This document shows, piece by piece, positions 39,077 to 48,969 of a stretch of DNA of 64,000 bases. The position numbers were made by a program, and so were the translations under genes. Under the pieces are notes generated by a model. That model was not told the origin of the DNA, made no database searches, and saw only the letters and a list, made by a program, of their open reading frames with translations. Source of the stretch: an uncultured delta proteobacterium (GTDB taxonomy: Bacteria > Myxococcota > UBA727 > VGSZ01); assembly GCA_963775425.1 (NCBI GenBank), contig CAVZJB010000011.1, positions 896,001-960,000 on the forward strand, written 5' to 3'. Positions within the stretch are counted from its first letter, which is position 1; each line of letters begins with the position of its first letter.

Positions 39077-40981
39077 ATGCGCGCCCGGCTCCCCTCTCTC
39101 TGCTGTCTGCTCTGTGCCGCCGCCGCCCTCGCCGCGTCGTCGGCGTCCGCCCAGGTCGACATCCCGTCGCGGTTTTCGGCCACCGCGCCCGGCGGCATCA
39201 CCGCCATCGGCAACACGCTCGGCTTGAGCAAGGACACCGACGTCAACGGCCCCGGCGTGCGCGACTCCATCGGCACCTTCACCACGCTCGAGGACCTCGT
39301 CGACGACACGCCGGCCAACGCCGCCAACCCCTATCCGCAGGGCACCACGTTCGACTGGCACAGCGACGGGTCCTCGGCGTTCCTCTCGCTGCGCGAGGGC
39401 ACCGAGCTCGGCCTCACCGACGTCCTGTACGCCGAGCTCATCTGGGCGGGCAGCTACAAGTACGGCGACGAGGACGTCACCGCCGACCTCGATACGGCGG
39501 TCACGCTCAGCGCCGGCGGCAACGACCTCCAGGTCACGCCGGACCCCGCCACCGCGCTCACCATCGCCACCGTCTCGAGCACCACCGCGGCGTTCCCCGT
39601 CAACTACTACATGCGCTCCGCCGACGTGACGGACTTCGTGCGCGCGCAGCGCAGCGGCGAGTACCAGGTGCGCGGCGTGCCGGCCACGCAGACGGAGCTC
39701 ATCAACTCGTTGAACGCCGCCGGCTGGACGCTCGTGGTCGCCTTCCGCGACGACGCCGAGCCGCTGCGGAACCTCACCATCTTCGTCGGCGGCTCGTTCG
39801 TCGACGAGAACACGCAGGTGAGCTACAGCGTCGACGGCTTCTGCGCGCCCCCCACGGGCGCCGTCGCGGGCAAAGCCGCCATCAGCGCGCTCGAGGGCGA
39901 CGCCAACCTCACGGGCGATCAGCTCCTCATCGCGCCCGACGCGCAGGGCGCCTTCGTGCCGCTCGAGGGTCCGAACAACCCCGCGGACAACTTCTTCTGC
40001 TCGCAGATCAACGGCGCCGACGGCCAGCTCGACGACACCGGCACCTTCGGCGACCGCAACCAGGACGCCTTCGCGGGCACCAACATCCCCGGCGGGCGCC
40101 AGGGTTGGGACGTCACCACGGTGGCCTTGAGCTCCACCGACGGGCAGTTGGTCGCCGATCAGCGCGGCGCGGTGCTCCAGACCGTCACCACGGGCGACTC
40201 CTTCGTGCCCACGCTGGCCGCCTTCCAGATCGACGTCAACGCGCCCAACCTCACGACGTCGTCCATCCTGCCCGACGCCACCAACGTCACCACCGGTGAC
40301 ACGCTCTCGGTCACCTCCGTGGCGCGCAACACCGGCCTCGCCGACGCCTCGTCGGTCGTGTTCAAGCTCGCCGTCCCCGACGGCCTCGCGCTCACCCGCT
40401 TCACCTCGGACGGCACCGACGGCGACGCCAACGGCCAGGCCGTCGACGCCGCCGCCCTCGCCGCCGGCGTCGACGAAGGCAGCCTCGCGCCCGGTGAGTC
40501 GCGCACCGTGGTCATCGAGATGAGCGTCGAGGGCCCCCCGGCCTCGGGCTTGTTCTTCGTGCAGCCGTTGTGGAGCTACCAGTACCTCACCTGCGGTGAC
40601 GGCTCGCCGCCGCGCACCGAGACCTTCAGCGACGGCGCCGCGGTCACGTTCGTGCAGCCCCCGGCGCCCGACGCCGGCGTCACCGACCCCGACGCCGGTA
40701 ACGGCGGCGGCGACGTCGACGCGGGCAACGGCGGCGGTGACGACGTGGACGCGGGCAACGGCGGCGGTGACGACGTGGACGCGGGCAACGGCGGCGGCGG
40801 CGGCGTGGACGCGGGCAACGGCGGCGGCGGCGGCGACGGCGCCGGCCTCGGCGGCGACAACAGCGGCGTCGACGAGGGCTGCGGCTGCACCAACGCGTCC
40901 GGCACCACCGTCGTGGGCGCCGCCGCCTGGCTCGCGGCGCTCGCGCTCCTCGGGCGCCGCAAGCGCAGGTCGCCCGCGTAA
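39077..40981 (+). CDS. surface protein (DUF3344/DUF11-like) with MYXO-CTERM
   Basis: Signal peptide, AELIWAG, YMRSADVT, AGWTL, GD.L.VT..A.NTG, (DAGNGGGDDV)n repeats and a GCGC-TM-RRKRR tail. Confidence 0.8.
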   Translation: MRARLPSLCCLLCAAAALAASSASAQVDIPSRFSATAPGGITAIGNTLGLSKDTDVNGPGVRDSIGTFTTLEDLVDDTPANAANPYPQGTTFDWHSDGSSAFLSLREGTELGLTDVLYAELIWAGSYKYGDEDVTADLDTAVTLSAGGNDLQVTPDPATALTIATVSSTTAAFPVNYYMRSADVTDFVRAQRSGEYQVRGVPATQTELINSLNAAGWTLVVAFRDDAEPLRNLTIFVGGSFVDENTQVSYSVDGFCAPPTGAVAGKAAISALEGDANLTGDQLLIAPDAQGAFVPLEGPNNPADNFFCSQINGADGQLDDTGTFGDRNQDAFAGTNIPGGRQGWDVTTVALSSTDGQLVADQRGAVLQTVTTGDSFVPTLAAFQIDVNAPNLTTSSILPDATNVTTGDTLSVTSVARNTGLADASSVVFKLAVPDGLALTRFTSDGTDGDANGQAVDAAALAAGVDEGSLAPGESRTVVIEMSVEGPPASGLFFVQPLWSYQYLTCGDGSPPRTETFSDGAAVTFVQPPAPDAGVTDPDAGNGGGDVDAGNGGGDDVDAGNGGGDDVDAGNGGGGGVDAGNGGGGGDGAGLGGDNSGVDEGCGCTNASGTTVVGAAAWLAALALLGRRKRRSPA

Positions 40982-40999
40982 CCCGCGCGGGGGCCGCGC

Positions 41000-41698
41000 T
41001 CAGCGCGGCGGGTTGTCGTCGAAGCCGAAGGCCTCGTCGGAGGTGCGCGTCTCCTGCGGCGCGCCCCAGCGGACCGACGTGTCGTGCAAGGCGAGCAAGG
41101 TGTTCGGGCCGACGACGCCGTCCACGTTGATCCCGCGGCTGCGCTGGAACGCTTCGACGGCCTCGACGGTCTCCTGATCCATCACGCCCTCCTCGGCGTA
41201 GGCCGGCAGGAAGCCCTGGGCCTTGAGCAGGAGCTGCGCGTCGCGCACCTCGCGGCCGCGCGCGCCGGGGGACACGGTGATCCCGCGCAGGACGAGCGTG
41301 TCGAGCACCGGGGTCGCCGTGGAGCCACCCCTCGTCCTGAGGTCCCCGGCGATGTCGTGCGTCGACGTCATCGATGCGCCGGTGCCGGTCGCGCCCCAGT
41401 GCACGCCCTCGACGCCGCCGTCGAGGGCGCTGTCGAGGGCGCCGTCCGCGGGAAGGTCGTTGAAGCCGAGATCGACGCCGCCGTCGCCCTCGCCGAACGC
41501 GCTGATCGCGCCGGTCGCGCTGCCGGCGTCGCCCGCGCCCCCCGCGCCCCCCGCGCCCCCCGGAGCCGGCGGCGGCGGCGGTGGCGGAGGGAGCGGCTCG
41601 CCGATGTCGCTCTGTCGGGCCGCGCTGTCGTCGCGCAGGCAGCCGCTGCCGGCGACGGTGACGGTGACGAGAGCAAGGCCGAGCGTGGTGGCTTTCAT
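41000..41698 (-). CDS. lipoprotein with C-terminal peptidoglycan-binding domain
   Basis: GSGC lipobox, G.EV..AQ.LL...G and T.EAV.AFQ...GI.VDGVVGP.T. Confidence 0.85.
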   Translation of the reverse strand: MKATTLGLALVTVTVAGSGCLRDDSAARQSDIGEPLPPPPPPPPAPGGAGGAGGAGDAGSATGAISAFGEGDGGVDLGFNDLPADGALDSALDGGVEGVHWGATGTGASMTSTHDIAGDLRTRGGSTATPVLDTLVLRGITVSPGARGREVRDAQLLLKAQGFLPAYAEEGVMDQETVEAVEAFQRSRGINVDGVVGPNTLLALHDTSVRWGAPQETRTSDEAFGFDDNPPR

Positions 41699-41764
41699 CG
41701 CGATCCTCGCCTCAACGTAGGGACGCTCGCCGCCCGCCGCCGCGGACGACCTGACGCGCCGCGC

Positions 41765-43696
41765 GTGCTAAGGGAGCGCGTGGGCTTCGTCCTCCTCGTC
41801 GTCACGTGGGCCGCGGCCGCGTGGTGCGCGCGCGCGCTGTCGCGCCGCGCGGGCGTCCGTGCCGCCGCCGTCGACGTCGCGCTCGCGGCGGGCATGCTCG
41901 CGGTGATCCCCGGCGAGCTCGCCCGCTTCACCGGGAGCCTGCGCATCGGCATGGCCGTCGCCGCGGTCGCGTTCGCCGCCGTCGCGCTCGCGCTGCGCCC
42001 CGCGCTCCTGGCGAGCGTGCGCGCGCCCCGCTCCACGGTGTGGCCGGCGTGGCCGGCCGTCGTCGCAGGCGTCGTCGGGCTCGCCTGCGTCATCGACGGA
42101 GCGCTCACGCGCAACTTCTTCGACGAAGAGCACCACGTGCCCATGGCCACCGTCATCGCGCGCGGCGTGGTCCCGCCCGTGCACCCGCTCGTGCCCGGGC
42201 AGATCATCCCGTACCACTGGGGGATCGACGCGCTCTACGCGCAGCTCGTCGTCGCCGGCCTGCGACCCGACACCGCCATCAACGTCGTCACCATCGCTTC
42301 GTGGCTGCTCCTGCTCGGCGCGGCGGCGCTCCTCGGCGGGCTCGTGGCGGGGCGCGTGGGCGCCACGATCTTCGCCGTCGTCGCGCCGCTCGCGGGCAGC
42401 CCGCTGGCGCAGCCGCTCCACGACGGCATGGGCATCCTGCAGTTGAAGAACCCCTATCCCGCGCGCTGGATGGAGTGGACCCGCCGCCCGCCGCCGCTCA
42501 CGGCCGACTTCTTTCAGCACCCGCAGGGCCTCGCGTTCCCCCTCGTCCTCGTGGTGCTCGCCCTGTGGTGCGCGCGCTTTCCCGCACGGCTCGGCCCGCC
42601 CGACGGCGCCGCCGGCGGTGGCGCGGCCGACCCCGTCGACGGCGGCGCCGACGACCCCGGCGACCGCGCCGAGGGAAAGCGCCGGGCGCTCGCGGCGCTC
42701 CTGCTGTCGTTCCTCTCGCTGGTGCAGGCCATCCACTTCCTGGTCCTCGGCTTCGGCCTCGGCGCGTCGACGGTGTGGCTCCTCGCTCGTCGCCGTGAGC
42801 GCCCCGCAGGCGTGGCGCGCGACCTCGGCCTCCTCGCGGGCGCCCTCGCCCTCGCCGTCGCGTACGGCGGCTTCTTCGCCGTCCCGCTGCACGCGCACGC
42901 GGGGCCCCCGATGCTCCGCTGGGGCGTCGACTTCTTCGCCGACGGCTCGCCCATCGAGAAGGTGCTGCACCACCTCGTGGTCTTCGGCTTGCCGCTGTTG
43001 CTGCTCCCGGTCGCCGCGTGGCGGTCCACCGCGGGGGACGGCGGCGGGCGCCTGCGCGTCACCCTCGTCGCTGGCGCGCTCATCGGCTTGTCGCTGCCGA
43101 ACGTCGTCGTGTACGCCGGCTCGTGGGACATCGTGAAGCTCTGCAGCGCCGGCGGCTGGCTCGCCGGCATCGCCTTGTGCGACACGCTCGCGTGGGCGTG
43201 GACGCGGGCCACGTCCAGGGCGCGGGTGTGGCGCGCCGCCGTCGTCGTCGCCGCGGGCCTGACCGTCTGGTTCCCGCTCGCGTGGATGGCGACGCGCACC
43301 GTGATGCAGAGCCACTTCGGCGTCCCGCAAAAGCGCGATTGGCGCCTCCGCGACGACGTCCTCGCCGCCGGCCGCGCGGCCGGCCCGCACATCCCGAGCC
43401 GCGCCCGCGTCCTCGTCGGCGATCCCGAGCTCGCGCGCATGAACGGCCTGCTCGCGCCCGGCTTCGATCCGCGCCACTACGCCAACGGCCACATGCTCGA
43501 CTTCGACAAGGCGCGCCGCCTCGCGAGCGCGCGCCAGGTGGCCATGCGCACGCTCGACCCCGAGTCGCTCCGCGTCCTCGACGTCGACTACGCGCTCTTG
43601 AACAACCGCGAGGTCGCCCAGCTCGGACCCAAGCTCGCGCCGTTCAAGCCCGTGCGCATCGACGTCCCCGGCTACGCGCTCTACCGCTTGCGCTGA
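41765..43696 (+). CDS. polytopic membrane protein, possible GT-C glycosyltransferase
   Basis: More than 10 TM segments, acidic DEEHH loop, PYHWG motif, soluble C-terminal domain. Confidence 0.6.
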   Translation: MLRERVGFVLLVVTWAAAAWCARALSRRAGVRAAAVDVALAAGMLAVIPGELARFTGSLRIGMAVAAVAFAAVALALRPALLASVRAPRSTVWPAWPAVVAGVVGLACVIDGALTRNFFDEEHHVPMATVIARGVVPPVHPLVPGQIIPYHWGIDALYAQLVVAGLRPDTAINVVTIASWLLLLGAAALLGGLVAGRVGATIFAVVAPLAGSPLAQPLHDGMGILQLKNPYPARWMEWTRRPPPLTADFFQHPQGLAFPLVLVVLALWCARFPARLGPPDGAAGGGAADPVDGGADDPGDRAEGKRRALAALLLSFLSLVQAIHFLVLGFGLGASTVWLLARRRERPAGVARDLGLLAGALALAVAYGGFFAVPLHAHAGPPMLRWGVDFFADGSPIEKVLHHLVVFGLPLLLLPVAAWRSTAGDGGGRLRVTLVAGALIGLSLPNVVVYAGSWDIVKLCSAGGWLAGIALCDTLAWAWTRATSRARVWRAAVVVAAGLTVWFPLAWMATRTVMQSHFGVPQKRDWRLRDDVLAAGRAAGPHIPSRARVLVGDPELARMNGLLAPGFDPRHYANGHMLDFDKARRLASARQVAMRTLDPESLRVLDVDYALLNNREVAQLGPKLAPFKPVRIDVPGYALYRLR

Positions 43697-43697
43697 G

Positions 43698-44828
43698 CTA
43701 CGCGGTCCCGTTCGGCTGCTTGCTCGCGGCGAGCGCGGCGCCGGCGCGCTTCAACAGGTCGTCGATGACCTGATCGGTCTCGCTGAGCGTGGCGGCGCCG
43801 ACCATGACGGTGACCTCGAGGAGCTTCCCGTGGGCGAGCACGGAGGCCTTTTGCAGGCTCTTGCGCAGGCGGTCGCAGATGGCCTCGGCGCCGGCGGCGT
43901 CGGCCTCGGGGAGCACGGCGGCGAACTCGTCGCCGGCCTCGAGCCGCGCGAGCAGATCGGTCTCGCGGAGTGTGGCCTGGCACATGGACGCCACCGCGCG
44001 CAGCGTCTCGTCGCCGGCGTCGCGCCCGTAGGTGTCGTTGATGGCGTCGAGCTTCTCGACGTCGATCTTGAGCGCCGACAGCGAGCTCTTGCGCCGGCGC
44101 GCGAGCGCGATCTCGCGGCGGGCGAGCTGCTGGAGCTGGCGCTCGTTGTGGACGCCGGTGAGCTCGTCGTTGTGCCCGAAGCGCGCCAGGTCCTCGCGCA
44201 GCGCGAGCAGCTCCTGGCGCACGGCCTGGTTGCGCCGCACGCGCAGGCCCGTCGCGTGCGCCATGATCACGGCGCCGATGAGGCCCGGGATCAGGAAGAA
44301 GGCGATGGCGTACACGGCGTCCTCGGAGGCGCCGCCGCGCCACAGCGCGATCCCCGCGCCCACGACGACGCCGGCGGCGCAGGTGGCGGCCGCGCGCGCG
44401 TCGAGCGCGACCACGCCGATGGCCATGGCGATCAGCACGAAGGAGCCGACGCCGTACGCGAAGCCGTAGGGAAGGATGCTCACCACCGCGCCGATGGACG
44501 CGGCGCCGACGCCGGCGATGCCCGCCCCGAGCCACGCCGCCCGGTGCGGCACCGCGTAGCTGAGCGCGCCGAGCGCGCCGATGAGCAGCGCGCCGCCGGC
44601 CCGCCACATCCACAAGCGCCCGATCTGCTCGGGCGCGACGACGAGGTCCCAGCCGAACGACGCCGCGAGAAACAACACCCCCACGAGCGCTCCCACGCGC
44701 AGGGCGCGGCCGGCCGCCACCTGCGGGCCCGCGGAGTCGGAGCCGTACAGCGGGTCGGCGCCGTCGTCATCGCGGGCGCGCGGGGCCGCGGGGGCGGCGG
44801 GCGCGGGAGGTTCTTCTATGTCCGGCAT
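43698..44828 (-). CDS. membrane GGDEF-domain protein (motif AGDEF)
   Basis: DELTG, INDTYG.DAGD, RETD I-site and LEAGDEF. N-terminal TMs. Confidence 0.88.
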   Translation of the reverse strand: MPDIEEPPAPAAPAAPRARDDDGADPLYGSDSAGPQVAAGRALRVGALVGVLFLAASFGWDLVVAPEQIGRLWMWRAGGALLIGALGALSYAVPHRAAWLGAGIAGVGAASIGAVVSILPYGFAYGVGSFVLIAMAIGVVALDARAAATCAAGVVVGAGIALWRGGASEDAVYAIAFFLIPGLIGAVIMAHATGLRVRRNQAVRQELLALREDLARFGHNDELTGVHNERQLQQLARREIALARRRKSSLSALKIDVEKLDAINDTYGRDAGDETLRAVASMCQATLRETDLLARLEAGDEFAAVLPEADAAGAEAICDRLRKSLQKASVLAHGKLLEVTVMVGAATLSETDQVIDDLLKRAGAALAASKQPNGTA

Positions 44829-44918
44829 GGAGCCCTCCGTCGACGTGAACGGACGACGAGTCTGCCACATCCGCGCCTCCCGGCGGCAGACGCCCGTACG
44901 CCTCCCGGCGCGGGCGGG

Positions 44919-44946
44919 TTGACAGCGGTCCGGCCCGGGATACGGT
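44919..44946 (+). promoter_or_regulatory. sigma70-like promoter of gap
   Basis: TTGACA-16 bp-TACGGT, about 20 bp upstream of the ATG. Confidence 0.6.
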
Positions 44947-44966
44947 CGCCGCCAACGGAGAGAATC

Positions 44967-45989
44967 ATGACGAAGCGCATCGCCATCAACGGTTTTGGCC
45001 GCATCGGCCGCGTGTTGTTTCGCATCCTGCAGGAGCGTGCGAAGAACGGCGCCACCGACGTCGAGGTCGTGGCCATCAACGACATCACCGACGCGGCGAT
45101 GCTCGCCCATCTGCTCAAGTACGACTCGGTGCACCGCCGCTTCGACGGGACGGTGAAGCACGACAAGGACACCATCGTCGTCAACGGCAAGCCCATCAAG
45201 ATCTACGCGGAGCGTGATCCGGCCAAGCTGCCGTGGAAGACCCACGAGGTCGACGTCGTCGTCGAGAGCACCGGCCTGTTCACCTCCAAGGACGACTGCC
45301 TCAAGCACGTCGCCGCAGGCGCCAAGAAGGTGATGCTCACCGCGCCCCACAAGGGCACGCCGCCGGACATCACCATCTGCTACGGCATCAACCACGACAA
45401 GTTCACCAAGGACATGCAGGTCGTCTCCACGGCCTCGTGCACCACCAACTGCCTCGCGCCCGTCGCCAAGACGCTGATGGACTCGTTCGGCATCGAGCAG
45501 GCGTTCGTCACCACCATCCACAGCTACACCAACGACCAGCGCATCCTCGACCTGCCGCACAAGGACTTCCGCCGCGCCCGCGCCGCGGCCCTCAACATCA
45601 TCCCGACCACCACGGGCGCCGCGCAGGCGGTGGCCCTCGTGCTGCCGGAGCTCAAGGGCAGGTTCGACGGCATCTCGGTGCGCGTGCCCACGCCCGACGT
45701 GAGCCTCATCGACCTCACCTGCACGGTGAAGAAGTCCACCACCGCGGCCGACGTCAACGCCGCCCTCAAGGCCGCCGCCGACGGCCCCTTGAAGGGCGTC
45801 ATGGGCTTCACCGACGAGAAGCTCGTCTCCATGGACTTCATGCAGACGGTCGAGTCGAGCTACGTCGACGGCCCGTGCACCGCGGTGCTCAACGGCAACT
45901 TCCTGAAGGTCCTGTCCTGGTACGACAACGAGTGGGGCTTCACCAACCGCGCCGTCGACATCCTGGAGATGATGGCCAAAGCGGCCTGA
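44967..45989 (+). CDS. gap: type I glyceraldehyde-3-phosphate dehydrogenase
   Basis: INGFGRIGR, ASCTTNCLAP and WYDNEWG. Confidence 0.98.
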   Translation: MTKRIAINGFGRIGRVLFRILQERAKNGATDVEVVAINDITDAAMLAHLLKYDSVHRRFDGTVKHDKDTIVVNGKPIKIYAERDPAKLPWKTHEVDVVVESTGLFTSKDDCLKHVAAGAKKVMLTAPHKGTPPDITICYGINHDKFTKDMQVVSTASCTTNCLAPVAKTLMDSFGIEQAFVTTIHSYTNDQRILDLPHKDFRRARAAALNIIPTTTGAAQAVALVLPELKGRFDGISVRVPTPDVSLIDLTCTVKKSTTAADVNAALKAAADGPLKGVMGFTDEKLVSMDFMQTVESSYVDGPCTAVLNGNFLKVLSWYDNEWGFTNRAVDILEMMAKAA

Positions 45990-46161
45990 TCAAGCGCGCC
46001 CGCTCCCGCCGGTCGCTGATCTGCGCGGCTGGAGCTCCGCTCGCTGATCAGCGCGGCCCGCGGTGGGCGCGTGTAGGCGCGCGCGCCGGCGGTCGGGCCG
46101 TCGGCGGAGGGTAGGCCTTCCTGCCGAGGGCGGCGTCCGGAGTCCCGCCGAAGCACTCGGC

Positions 46162-47442
46162 ATGACTTCGGCCACCCTCTCCGCCAGCGTCCGCACCGCC
46201 CTCGCTCACGCCCTCGGCGCCGCCCTCGGCAGCGCCGACAAAGACGCCGCGGTGGGGACGACGGCTGCGCCGCCGCCGGCAGCTCCGTCGGCGCCGTCGG
46301 CAGCGAGGGCGGCGGTCCCGGCGCCGGTCCAGGGCAGCGCGCGGCGGCGGGCGGCGACGCAGGGGGCGCAGATCCAGGCGGCGCTCCACGCCCACGTGCC
46401 GCAGCCGCAGACGGCGTCGCCTGAGCGCGCGGCGTACGAGGCGAAGCTCGCCGCCTACGAAAAGGCGCACGACGCCTGGCAGAAGAAGACCGACGACTAC
46501 TGGACCGCGATGAAGGCCGCGCGGAAGGCCGGGCACTACATCACCGAGCAGCCGCCCGGGAAGTACGACGGCCCCCCCAAGCCGCACGCGCCCCCGCCGA
46601 CGGAGGCGCCGCAGATCGTGGTGGCGCCGCCGCCGTCGCCGCCGCCGACGCCGCCCGCGCACCCGCGCTCGAGCATCCCCAAGAAGCAGGACTTCATCGA
46701 CGCCGCCAAGAAGGTCTACGGCTTCACCCCCGAGCAGGCCGACGAGGCCACGTTCAAGAAGCGCTACGCCGCCGAGGCCAAGAAAGCGGGGCTCACCGCG
46801 GACGAGGTCGCGCGCGTGTACGCGTTCGAGACCGGCGGCAAGGGCAAGTACGACGACCAGCCCATCAGAAAAGACGGCACCGCCATCTCCACGGCGCTCG
46901 GCTACGCCCAGGTCATGAACGCCACGAGCATCGACATGGTCGCGCGCCACGGCGCCGCGTGGGCCACCGCCCTCGACAACGCCGGCAAGCACGGCAAGGC
47001 CGACGCCGTTCGCCGCATGGCCGCCGACGCCAAGGCCGTGGGCGACGACTGGAACAAGCAGCGCGCGTACGCCAAGACCCCGCAGGGGCGCGCGATGCAC
47101 GCGCTGAACCTCGACGTCGACGTCGGCCCCAAGATGCAGATGGAGATGCTCAAGGAGATCAAGAAGACCGGCGAGCGGCTCGGCGTGAAGGACCCGACGG
47201 CGGCGCAGCTCGAGCTCATGAACCTCGCCGGCGAGCGAAACGGCGCCCACATGATCACGCCGGAGACGACGAACCTCCCCACCGCCAACTTCTTCACGCG
47301 CGCGGGGTACGAGGCGAACCCGGTGACCCACAACCGCACCGGTGCGCAGTTGCTCGGCGAGATCGACAAGGACATGGACTTCTACGTGAAGAAGCCGGGC
47401 ACGCAGCAGTTCTACGCGGCGTTCCGCGCGCTCGGTCGCTGA
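46162..47442 (+). CDS. hypothetical protein with lysozyme/transglycosylase-like motif
   Basis: VYAFETGG...STALGYAQ (E-T...A.G..Q). Ala/Pro-rich leader with no signal peptide. Confidence 0.6.
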   Translation: MTSATLSASVRTALAHALGAALGSADKDAAVGTTAAPPPAAPSAPSAARAAVPAPVQGSARRRAATQGAQIQAALHAHVPQPQTASPERAAYEAKLAAYEKAHDAWQKKTDDYWTAMKAARKAGHYITEQPPGKYDGPPKPHAPPPTEAPQIVVAPPPSPPPTPPAHPRSSIPKKQDFIDAAKKVYGFTPEQADEATFKKRYAAEAKKAGLTADEVARVYAFETGGKGKYDDQPIRKDGTAISTALGYAQVMNATSIDMVARHGAAWATALDNAGKHGKADAVRRMAADAKAVGDDWNKQRAYAKTPQGRAMHALNLDVDVGPKMQMEMLKEIKKTGERLGVKDPTAAQLELMNLAGERNGAHMITPETTNLPTANFFTRAGYEANPVTHNRTGAQLLGEIDKDMDFYVKKPGTQQFYAAFRALGR

Positions 47443-47459
47443 CCAGCGACTGGAGGGAG

Positions 47460-47492
47460 CGGCCGCGCTTGCTCGAGCGCGGCCGTTTTTTT
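47460..47492 (+). terminator. intrinsic terminator
   Basis: Stem cggccgcgct / agcgcggccg followed by T7. Confidence 0.85.
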
Positions 47493-47546
47493 GATCTGGC
47501 TCCAACCGGCGCCTACGGTGGCCACACGTCACCAAACGGAGCCGCC

Positions 47547-47786
47547 ATGCGCATCAGCCTGCACCGTCGTCGCCACATGAGCCTGCCGCCGCGCAAGCGC
47601 CGCTCGCCCAAGGTGCTCGTGCTCTTCATCGCGCTCACCACGGGGACCATGGCGTTCGCCGCGTCCCGCCTCGGCCGGGACCGGGCGCCGCCCGCGGCCG
47701 ACCCGCGCGTCACCGCCGTCGACGACGAGACTCTGGCCCTCGCCGACGAGCGCATCCACGCGCACCTGAAGAAGCTCGAACGGTGA
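47547..47786 (+). CDS. small single-TM basic protein
   Basis: GGAG RBS, Arg-rich N-terminus, one hydrophobic helix. Confidence 0.55.
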   Translation: MRISLHRRRHMSLPPRKRRSPKVLVLFIALTTGTMAFAASRLGRDRAPPAADPRVTAVDDETLALADERIHAHLKKLER

Positions 47787-47810
47787 CGACGCGGGGCACG
47801 GGCCCCCGCC

Positions 47811-48545
47811 CTACTCGAGGCGGCGGCGGCCGTCGTCGGGGGTGACGCCGGCGTCGCGGGCGACCTCGTCGGCGACCGTCTGCAGGCTCTTTTTGAGCTG
47901 ACCCGCGGCCGCCGTGAAGACCTTCTCCGCGAGCTTGCGCTTGAGCTTGCCCATGAGCCCGCCGCCGAGCTTGTCCACGCGCGCGCGCTCCTGCTTGGTG
48001 GGCGGGCGATCGAAAGCGCCGTCGAACGAATGGAGCCGGGCAGGGGACGGCGTCCCCTCGTGAGGCTCGAGGCCCGAGTCGACGATCTCGACGAAGCGGC
48101 CGTCCTTCACCCGCAGCACCGTGGTGCGCATCAGGTGCGCGCTGGTCTGCTCCTCGAGCACCACGAGCTCCTCGCGCGCCACGGCGCCGACCTGCGCGGC
48201 GACGGCGTCGGCGACGGCCGCGCCGCCGGCCATGGCGTTGTACGGGAAGCGCGCGCGGCGAAAGAAGACCGTGATCATCATCAGCGGGCCGCTCTCGACG
48301 ACGAGCGGGCCGCCCTCGCCCTCGGCCTCGATGCGGAAGCGCGGGCCGCCCGCGAGGGGCGAGCGCGGGCGCCCGGGATCGACGGCCTCGACGTCGACGC
48401 GCACGGTGCGCCCGGGGAGCGCCTTCTGCACGAGCGCCACCAGGCGCTCGACGCCCGCCGTCGTCGACAGCGGCGGCTCCTGGCCCGCGCCGGCGTCTCC
48501 TGCGCGGCCGCCGGGCTCGGGATCCAGGATCTCGGGATCCACCAT
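47811..48545 (-). CDS. hypothetical protein
   Basis: GC3-biased ORF, divergent from the radical SAM operon. Confidence 0.6.
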   Translation of the reverse strand: MVDPEILDPEPGGRAGDAGAGQEPPLSTTAGVERLVALVQKALPGRTVRVDVEAVDPGRPRSPLAGGPRFRIEAEGEGGPLVVESGPLMMITVFFRRARFPYNAMAGGAAVADAVAAQVGAVAREELVVLEEQTSAHLMRTTVLRVKDGRFVEIVDSGLEPHEGTPSPARLHSFDGAFDRPPTKQERARVDKLGGGLMGKLKRKLAEKVFTAAAGQLKKSLQTVADEVARDAGVTPDDGRRRLE

Positions 48546-48636
48546 GAGGGAGGTCTTGCATCCCCGCCCAAAGGCGTCGACCCCGGGCGCGCGACCCGTT
48601 GCGCTCGGGTGTGCTCTCCACCGAGAGTCCGGCGCG

Positions 48637-48969
48637 ATGATCTCCGAAGCCGACGGCTGCGATCTCCTGGCCCGCGTGTTCACGTCGCGCGGCTACACCG
48701 TGGGTCGCGACATCTTCTTCGACGAAGAGGGCGTCACCTGCACGCTCGACGGCTGGGACGCCGAGGCACGCGTGGGCTTCGAATACCTCACCCGCTCGGC
48801 GGGTGATCACGAGGACCTCACCAGCGACGAGCTCGGCCGCCTCGCGGCCCGCATCGAGCGCGGGGAGCTCTACGTGTTCATCGTCGACGAGCGCGACGTC
48901 GTCGACCCCGCCGAGCTCGAAGAGGCCGCCAAGCTGTTCCTCGACGAGGTCGAACGGAGGCGCGCGTGA
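48637..48969 (+). CDS. small protein with predicted PD-(D/E)xK-like fold
   Basis: Pattern helix(SEADG..LARVF..RGY), beta, LDGW, VGFEY, helix, beta(YVFIVD). Stop overlaps the next start. Confidence 0.55.
   Translation: MISEADGCDLLARVFTSRGYTVGRDIFFDEEGVTCTLDGWDAEARVGFEYLTRSAGDHEDLTSDELGRLAARIERGELYVFIVDERDVVDPAELEEAAKLFLDEVERRRA

Noticed and set aside
40690-40840. 30-bp tandem repeats
   Set aside because: They encode the Gly/Asp linker before MYXO-CTERM.
47547-47786. Possible RiPP precursor for the radical SAM operon
   Set aside because: Looks like a TM protein, is separated from the operon by an opposite-strand gene, and no RRE, peptidase or exporter is present.
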